The translations under genes were made by a program, and so were the position numbers. This document shows positions 60,401 to 64,000 of a DNA stretch of 64,000 nt, one piece after another; the first letter of the stretch is position 1; every line of letters starts with the position of its first letter. The notes under the pieces were generated by a model that saw nothing but the letters and a program-made list of their open reading frames with translations, had not been told where the DNA came from and searched no databases. This stretch comes from Harriotta raleighana (Eukaryota), in contig JBNZDD010013553.1 in assembly GCA_050575255.1 (NCBI GenBank), positions 505,508 through 569,507 on the forward strand, read 5' to 3'.

Positions 60401-62591
60401 TGTTCCGGAGGCTGTGTCCTCAGGCTGTGCCTTATTGTCAAATTCAAGATCGCCTTCTGAACTGCGGCGTAGAAGCCACTTAGGACTAGGGAAAACCCAG
60501 TCCCTCAACTGTGATCAAATACCAGGACGTTCATTCCACAGCATACCAAACCTCTCCACCCCATCTGCCCAGTTCTTTGTTAGTACCCCGTCTCAGTCCA
60601 GCAGCAAAAGCCAATTGGAGTTTGCATCGGACGGTGATTCAGCTGACCCGCCTAAAAAGGGTTTAGATGATGATGACAGTTCTGTTGAATTCGGGGCCTT
60701 TGTTGGTAAGTGTAGTAAAGTTCTTTCTGCTTCACCTAAAGGTGTTTGCTGCTATTTTTCCCATCCTGCTCGCTGCTTCTGTTGCCCTGCTACTTCCATA
60801 GCTTGCACTGTGAATGAAGGATACTTCAACCGTGCATTCATTGAGGCTGAGAGTAGGTCAGGTACTGGCACCACTAAGAGCCGTGGCTCTGAACATAATC
60901 CCAGCAAATGGAACGACTTTGAAAACCGCTGTCAAAATGCAAGACAAGACAAGTTGTTTTCAGCCACCGCATCAAAAACAATGTCAGGAAGCCAGAGACG
61001 GACAAAGAAATTGGGTTGATATGCTCACACCGGCTGTGGAAATGTGTGCTCCACACACAACTGTTGGGAACTCGGCAAGACTACTGAGTGACCTGTGGAA
61101 CAAATTCCAGCTGAGAGATTTGAGCTCATAAAGCACTGTACCTTTGCGTAACTTCACCTGGTTGCGGATCACATCACTGTCAGTGCATTGCATAGGTCTT
61201 CGCTTTATTTATCTCTCTGTTGCCACAATTGGTCACCACAGGTGTGCTCCACACCCCCCCATCCCCACCTCCACTTTCTTAGTAATGTATTTAATTTGAT
61301 ATTGTCTGATTTGGACTGATTGACATTTTAACATTTTATTAATTATTTGACTTGCTCACTCTGAAATGCTGTGTGTTAAGTCTTGTGGGAAAGGGTGCTT
61401 GTATAATGTGCCTGAGATTCTTTTTTAGCATCTTATTTCAAACTATTTTGTGCTAAATCAAAACCTCAAACCTAATTTTTTCAATTCAGCCTTGTTTTTA
61501 ATACAAAATCAAATGACTTTAGTGCATCTAGCTCTACTTACTGTACTATTAATGCCTGAACGCTGATGCATTCTCCAGGCTTTGGATTTGACAACGGAAA
61601 GAGTTTGGAAGGTATAAAAAAAATCGCAACAGGTTAGTTAGACAGACAGATCAGAAGAAGTATCAGATTTTTTTTTAAAAAGAGTTAAAATCCAGCTATC
61701 TACTGTAGACTTGAAATGTCATCACCTTATGCAAAATGAATTGAAATAGATCTTGATTTGCACTGTTGTAACATGCTGGTGTATCAACAACAGAAACAAA
61801 CTGAATTGATAAGGTGCCTTTAACAATGCTAAAATGGATCCAAAACTTTCAACAAAAAAAACAAATACACTCCTTAAATTTAACATTTGCTCTATACTGA
61901 GTAATCGCAACGTGAAAGTTGCCATGCAAATGTAATTTTATTGTTGTTGTTGTTGCTGTGCCTGAGGCAAGATTATTAACTTAAGTTATGTCTTGTTTAG
62001 GTCACAAAGACAACTTGGAGCTACCAAAATCTGGGACCAGGGAAGCCATCACATTAAAAGAAAAAGCAGCAGTGGGAACCGTTCAGAACTTGGTATAGTT
62101 TGAGAATGTTCACTATTTTAGTTTCATTTGGTGAATTTTATAAACTTTACATTATAATCTCCCTCTTGACTTCGCCTAGGATTCTCTTCACCCTGAATAT
62201 CAGTTGAGAACAGTGAATTCCTACGGTGGATTTGCTGAGCTTTACCGTGATCATTTAACGTCTGTTGCATCTGTTCAAGCAGTTTCTTGTAAGTGTTTAT
62301 TTTATATATATACATACTTTAATGTGATCAAGGTGATTTTTGAATCGAATGACCTGGATTCTCGATATACGTGGAGTGTGCCGTGTGTGGGTAAAGTGCG
62401 TTAGCTACACCTATCACTATTGTACAGGATGTTCACTGTTGACTTTGTACAGTATCCAGAGACCGTTCTATTTGTTTCGCTGAAGGAAAGGTCACTGAAG
62501 TACTTTGACATTAGGAAGTATATTACCATGTGAAGTGCCTGGAAATGTGCCAGCTCATCCCTGCATAAGGATTCCTTCCTTTGTAAAATAT

Positions 62592-62642
<51 letters not shown>

Positions 62643-62827
62643 AAGGAGTGAATGTTAGTGATAATACAGTTGGCTGATTACAGTAAGAATATCATGTCAT
62701 TTTCTCAGCATTGACTTTGAATTCATTGTCTATTTCAGTACAAGTGAAGAGCAGCAAAAGCTGGATCAGGGGCTCAGCTGAAGACATCCAATTTCACCGT
62801 GAGGATTCAAAGGCTTCCCTCCTGATG
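15401..62827 (+). CDS. TRPM7: TRPM7 channel-kinase, multi-exon gene span (exons 1-29; alpha-kinase exons lie beyond the window)
   Basis: Phase-compatible exons encode MHR1-4, S1-S6, pore [11 protein letters not shown] box WKYQR, coiled coil and Ser/Thr-rich linker. TRPM7-type features: ATG-only exon 1, EFGAFVG and synteny with SPPL2A. Confidence 0.97.
15943..15966. repeat. (TA)n microsatellite
   Basis: Directly visible. Confidence 0.95.
17185..17610 (+). mobile_element. Older Deu-type SINE copy
   Basis: Degenerate tRNA-like head, tgtttgtggaatactgtgcgcaaactggctgc core, gtgataaggcattatatgaaat tail. Confidence 0.65.
19089..19121 (+). CDS. TRPM7: Candidate in-frame 33-nt micro-exon in TRPM7 intron 1 ([11 protein letters not shown])
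   Basis: Long pyrimidine tract plus tgcag acceptor, GAG|gtatgg donor, phase 0-0, no stop in the TRPM7 frame; unverified. Confidence 0.45.
19690..20150 (-). mobile_element. Degraded L2 LINE 3' fragment
   Basis: gggagccagtggagc (LHWLP), KSCLKAFLF and L2-type tail on the minus strand. Confidence 0.75.
21504..24738. repeat. Exact 1617-bp tandem duplication (21504-23120 = 23122-24738) around a single N; probable unmerged contig overlap
   Basis: Identical ORFs offset by 1618 nt; the junction is exactly the N at 23121. Confidence 0.9.
23925..25390 (-). mobile_element. 5'-truncated, frameshifted L2-clade LINE (RT domain and 3' end); part repeated at 22308-23120
   Basis: Minus-strand motifs [37 protein letters not shown] (~24822-24840), [15 protein letters not shown] and LHWLP across several frames. 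Confidence 0.93.
27292..27673. mobile_element. pogo/Tigger-like MITE
   Basis: TA|caataaaagcttcgttatccgg ... ggataactaagttttttttactg|TA; internal similarity to the 42426 and 48634 copies. Confidence 0.75.
29310..32540. repeat. Diverged local direct duplication (~29310-30187 and ~31628-32540)
   Basis: ~0.87-kb blocks alignable by eye with scattered substitutions and indels; paired ORF translations are similar. Confidence 0.9.
32745..32975 (-). mobile_element. L2 LINE RT fragment
   Basis: Minus strand encodes [11 protein letters not shown]; similar to 24870-25075. Confidence 0.8.
34387..34466 (+). CDS. TRPM7: TRPM7 exon 2 ([27 protein letters not shown])
   Basis: aacag|...|gtaaag, 80 nt. Confidence 0.96.
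35381..35419 (+). CDS. TRPM7: TRPM7 exon 3 ([13 protein letters not shown])
   Basis: tccag|...|gtaagt, 39 nt. Confidence 0.95.
39394..39592 (+). CDS. TRPM7: TRPM7 exon 4 ([10 protein letters not shown]...[20 protein letters not shown])
   Basis: tacag|...|gtttgt, 199 nt. Confidence 0.96.
40461..40674 (+). CDS. TRPM7: TRPM7 exon 5 (YVRLSYD...[13 protein letters not shown])
   Basis: actag|...|gtaatg, 214 nt. Confidence 0.96.
41633..41757 (+). CDS. TRPM7: TRPM7 exon 6 (KHVGDA...TIGIAPWG)
   Basis: actag|...|gtaagc, 125 nt. Confidence 0.96.
41862..42033 (+). CDS. TRPM7: TRPM7 exon 7 ([20 protein letters not shown])
   Basis: tgcag|...|gtgagt, 172 nt. Confidence 0.96.
42426..42937. mobile_element. 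pogo/Tigger-like MITE
   Basis: TA|cagtaaaagcccgtttatccg ... cggataaacaagcttttactg|TA. Confidence 0.85.
44482..44656 (+). CDS. TRPM7: TRPM7 exon 8 ([15 protein letters not shown]...EGTGRAAD)
   Basis: tatag|...|gtaaga, 175 nt. Confidence 0.96.
44940..45080 (+). mobile_element. tRNA-derived SINE head (3'-truncated)
   Basis: gtggagtcctgtagttcagtggttagacc...gggttcaattccc; same family as 478-792. Confidence 0.8.
45536..45659 (+). CDS. TRPM7: TRPM7 exon 9 ([23 protein letters not shown])
   Basis: cgtag|...|gtaagt, 124 nt. Confidence 0.95.
46376..46448 (+). CDS. TRPM7: TRPM7 exon 10 ([24 protein letters not shown])
   Basis: ctcag|...|gtaagc, 73 nt. Confidence 0.95.
47405..47505 (+). CDS. TRPM7: TRPM7 exon 11 ([16 protein letters not shown])
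   Basis: tccag|...|gtatgt, 101 nt. Confidence 0.95.
48197..48331 (+). CDS. TRPM7: TRPM7 exon 12 ([17 protein letters not shown]...RLEELYNT)
   Basis: tgcag|...|gtaagt, 135 nt. Confidence 0.96.
48634..49010. mobile_element. pogo/Tigger-like MITE abutting the TRPM7 exon 13 acceptor
   Basis: TA|cagtaaaaacctcgtttatcca ... tggatgaacaaggttttactg|TA. Confidence 0.85.
49030..49083 (+). CDS. TRPM7: TRPM7 exon 13 ([18 protein letters not shown])
   Basis: cacag|...|gtaatt, 54 nt. Confidence 0.95.
49896..50036 (+). CDS. TRPM7: TRPM7 exon 14 ([16 protein letters not shown]...YTRKRFR)
   Basis: cccag|...|gtaagt, 141 nt. Confidence 0.96.
50185..50319 (+). CDS. TRPM7: TRPM7 exon 15 ([15 protein letters not shown]...[14 protein letters not shown])
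   Basis: gtcag|...|gtattg, 135 nt. Confidence 0.93.
50534..50814 (+). CDS. TRPM7: TRPM7 exon 16 ([11 protein letters not shown]...[12 protein letters not shown])
   Basis: ttcag|...|gtaaaa, 281 nt. Confidence 0.96.
51391..51619 (+). CDS. TRPM7: TRPM7 exon 17 ([18 protein letters not shown]...DMWMGRL)
   Basis: ttcag|...|gtaaat, 229 nt. Confidence 0.96.
52260..52415 (+). CDS. TRPM7: TRPM7 exon 18 ([27 protein letters not shown])
   Basis: aatag|...|gtaaga, 156 nt. Confidence 0.95.
52428..52795 (+). mobile_element. L2 LINE 3' fragment with (TTG)n tail
   Basis: tttaaagccctccatggctctgctccatcctacc ([11 protein letters not shown]), aagaccctcctcttc and gacgtgaaagg...ttgttgttg tail. Confidence 0.8.
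52893..53036 (+). CDS. TRPM7: TRPM7 exon 19 ([22 protein letters not shown])
   Basis: tccag|...|gtaagt, 144 nt. Confidence 0.95.
53863..53991 (+). CDS. TRPM7: TRPM7 exon 20, S1-S2
   Basis: tccag|LAYLGFLML...AIEKIRE|gtggga, 129 nt. Confidence 0.96.
54517..54768 (+). CDS. TRPM7: TRPM7 exon 21, S3-S4
   Basis: tctag|IFMSEAGK...[10 protein letters not shown]|gtaagt, 252 nt. Confidence 0.96.
54969..55143 (+). CDS. TRPM7: TRPM7 exon 22, S5 and pore ([15 protein letters not shown])
   Basis: gctag|...|gtaagt, 175 nt. Confidence 0.97.
55201..55721. mobile_element. Tc1/mariner-type MITE, second family
   Basis: TA|ctggaactcctc ... gaggaatcccag|TA; homologous to 55938-56396. Confidence 0.8.
55938..56396. 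mobile_element. Tc1/mariner-type MITE, second family, inserted in a SINE tail
   Basis: TA|ctggaactccc ... gaggagtcccag|TA; flanks rejoin to the SINE tail gtgataaagagcTAtatcaaatgc. Confidence 0.8.
56523..56655 (+). CDS. TRPM7: TRPM7 exon 23, pore loop and S6 (CAEST...[33 protein letters not shown])
   Basis: ccaag|...|gtgagt, 133 nt; both pore-loop Cys retained. Confidence 0.95.
57842..58029 (+). CDS. TRPM7: TRPM7 exon 24, TRP box (VWKYQR...LPPPL)
   Basis: tttag|...|gtaagt, 188 nt. Confidence 0.96.
58340..58542. mobile_element. Palindromic short repeat, probably Penelope-like-derived
   Basis: Long inverted arms (58376-58440 / 58468-58542) enclosing CTGACGA...GAAA. Confidence 0.65.
58955..59250 (+). 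mobile_element. CR1-type LINE 3' end
   Basis: ttcttcactcagagggtggtgaatttatggaattccctgc ([13 protein letters not shown]) followed by a CR1-type 3' UTR hairpin and ttatgttctt end. Confidence 0.85.
59393..59525 (+). CDS. TRPM7: TRPM7 exon 25 ([18 protein letters not shown]...[10 protein letters not shown])
   Basis: ttcag|...|gtacaa, 133 nt. Confidence 0.96.
59966..60705 (+). CDS. TRPM7: TRPM7 exon 26, coiled coil and Ser/Thr-rich region (...EFGAFV)
   Basis: tttag|...|gtaagt, 740 nt, ends phase 1. Confidence 0.95.
61579..61632 (+). CDS. TRPM7: Candidate in-frame 54-nt TRPM7 cassette exon ([18 protein letters not shown])
   Basis: ctgat branch-like site, ctccag acceptor, CAG|gttagt donor, phase 1-1, open. 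Confidence 0.55.
62001..62092 (+). CDS. TRPM7: TRPM7 exon 27 ([10 protein letters not shown]...)
   Basis: tttag|...|gtatag, 92 nt; resembles human GHRDSMDL. Confidence 0.85.
62180..62288 (+). CDS. TRPM7: TRPM7 exon 28 ([12 protein letters not shown])
   Basis: cctag|...|gtaagt, 109 nt; resembles human LKRVSSLAGFTD. Confidence 0.85.
62592..62636. repeat. (CA)n(TA)n microsatellite
   Basis: Directly visible. Confidence 0.95.
62739..62827 (+). CDS. TRPM7: TRPM7 exon 29 ([18 protein letters not shown])
   Basis: ttcag|...|gtcagt, 89 nt; resembles human STEDTHEVDSKAAL. Confidence 0.82.
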
Positions 62828-64000
62828 GTCAGTCTGCTCCGCGTCCACTCGTATCATTGACTTTTCTTTGTATGAAACAACATTTAAATGTCCACTTGTG
62901 AGTGGTGAGGTACCTTGTTGGATCTGTGGTGAGTGTCAGACCTTGACACTCAAGTGGAATTGCACCTCAGCTCTTTGTCAGTCAATTCACTATACGGTAT
63001 ATTCTGTGAAACACTTTGAGACATCTAGAAGATGTGAAAAGCGCTACATCAAATGCAAGGATTATTATTATTGTTATCATTATTTTCTCTGTTCTCAGCA
63101 ATGTTTGATACATTGCTACCACACAAGGAAATGTGTTTGTGTTGTTGATGTGGCTTCTCCAAGGTCTAATTATCTTTAACAGTCTTCCTACAATTTGTTC
63201 AGATTCCAATGTTTGTTTTAGATTTCCTGCAGTTCTCTGACGTTTATGATTAGTCATCAAGACTTGGTTTCTGGCTTTGCACCATATTCTCCTTTTAAAC
63301 TTTTGTTTGAAGCTGCTGATCATTTTAAATCAGTTCCGTTTGTCCAGCGTCAGCAGTACTTTGTATTTGAATCCAGCAGCTGGATCAGAATAGTCAACCA
63401 GAATAGTTACCTTGTTTATAGTGGATAACTAGCATCCAGGAAAGCCCTAGTTGTGTGCCAAGTTTTGGAGGCTGGGTGACCTTACGGGCTTGCTTGTGTG
63501 GTAGCAACATGGACAAGGTTCATCTGTTGCCAAGATAACCATTTCAGCTCTTTTTTTAATGCGACGTTGCAGCTGTTTTTTTCTAGATACAGACATTGCT
63601 TTTCCAAGGTTTCTTGTGTAGTTCAAGAGGCCTTGTGGAGCCATCCCAACCTTTTCTAAAGAAGACAATCACTGTTTTATCTGCTCCATGAGTGATTGTT
63701 CCAGTCGTTGAAAGCTAGCACACTTGCCCTCACATCTGCTACAGTTTAAATTAGTTTTATGCCTTATTAATCGATCCAGTTCTGTATCTGGCTTTTGGAT
63801 ACAACCATCCAAAAAACACATCTGAAATGTTTTGCCTTTGAGCCGCCTTCATCTCAGGAAATCACAGCACTGATATATTCATCTGTCATCACAGGCTTCC
63901 TTTCGGGGAAGAGAGCTGACTGCAGAGGCTTGGCTTTTAGCCAGGGCCCTGCATCAGTCTAAGAAGTTTGTTTCGCTTGGAAACAAAATCATAGTTAAAC

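Noticed and set aside
63222-63428. Possible next TRPM7 exon containing SPFK (ISCSSL...GFAPYSPFKLLFE)
   Set aside because: Similarity to human LTSPFKP is only a few residues, there is no GT donor in the expected phase, and the frame runs to a stop.

Overview
Vertebrate nuclear DNA, probably from a cartilaginous fish (inferred from the repeat content: Deu-type tRNA SINEs, L2/CR1 LINEs and a Penelope-type palindrome). Two tandem + strand genes fill the window. SPPL2A (intramembrane aspartyl protease) exons 2-15 lie at 2372-13571, with exon 1 upstream of the window. About 1 kb past its poly(A) signals a CpG-island promoter starts TRPM7 (channel-kinase); exons 1-29 lie at ~15200-62827 and the kinase exons are beyond the window. 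All exons were read by hand with AG/GT boundaries and consistent phases; exon numbers and human comparisons are from memory, not from an alignment. Most interesting signals: (1) a two-uORF TRPM7 leader whose uORF1 stays open for 120 codons across four exons; (2) a candidate 33-nt micro-exon that is in frame for TRPM7 but terminates uORF1; (3) candidate alternative or poison exons between the TRPM7 coiled coil and kinase; (4) a 34-nt frame-switching cassette that swaps the SPPL2A YxxPhi tail; (5) phase compatibility for an SPPL2A-TRPM7 read-through fusion. A 1617-bp exact duplication across a single N is treated as an assembly artefact. No wholly new gene system is demonstrable from the sequence alone.
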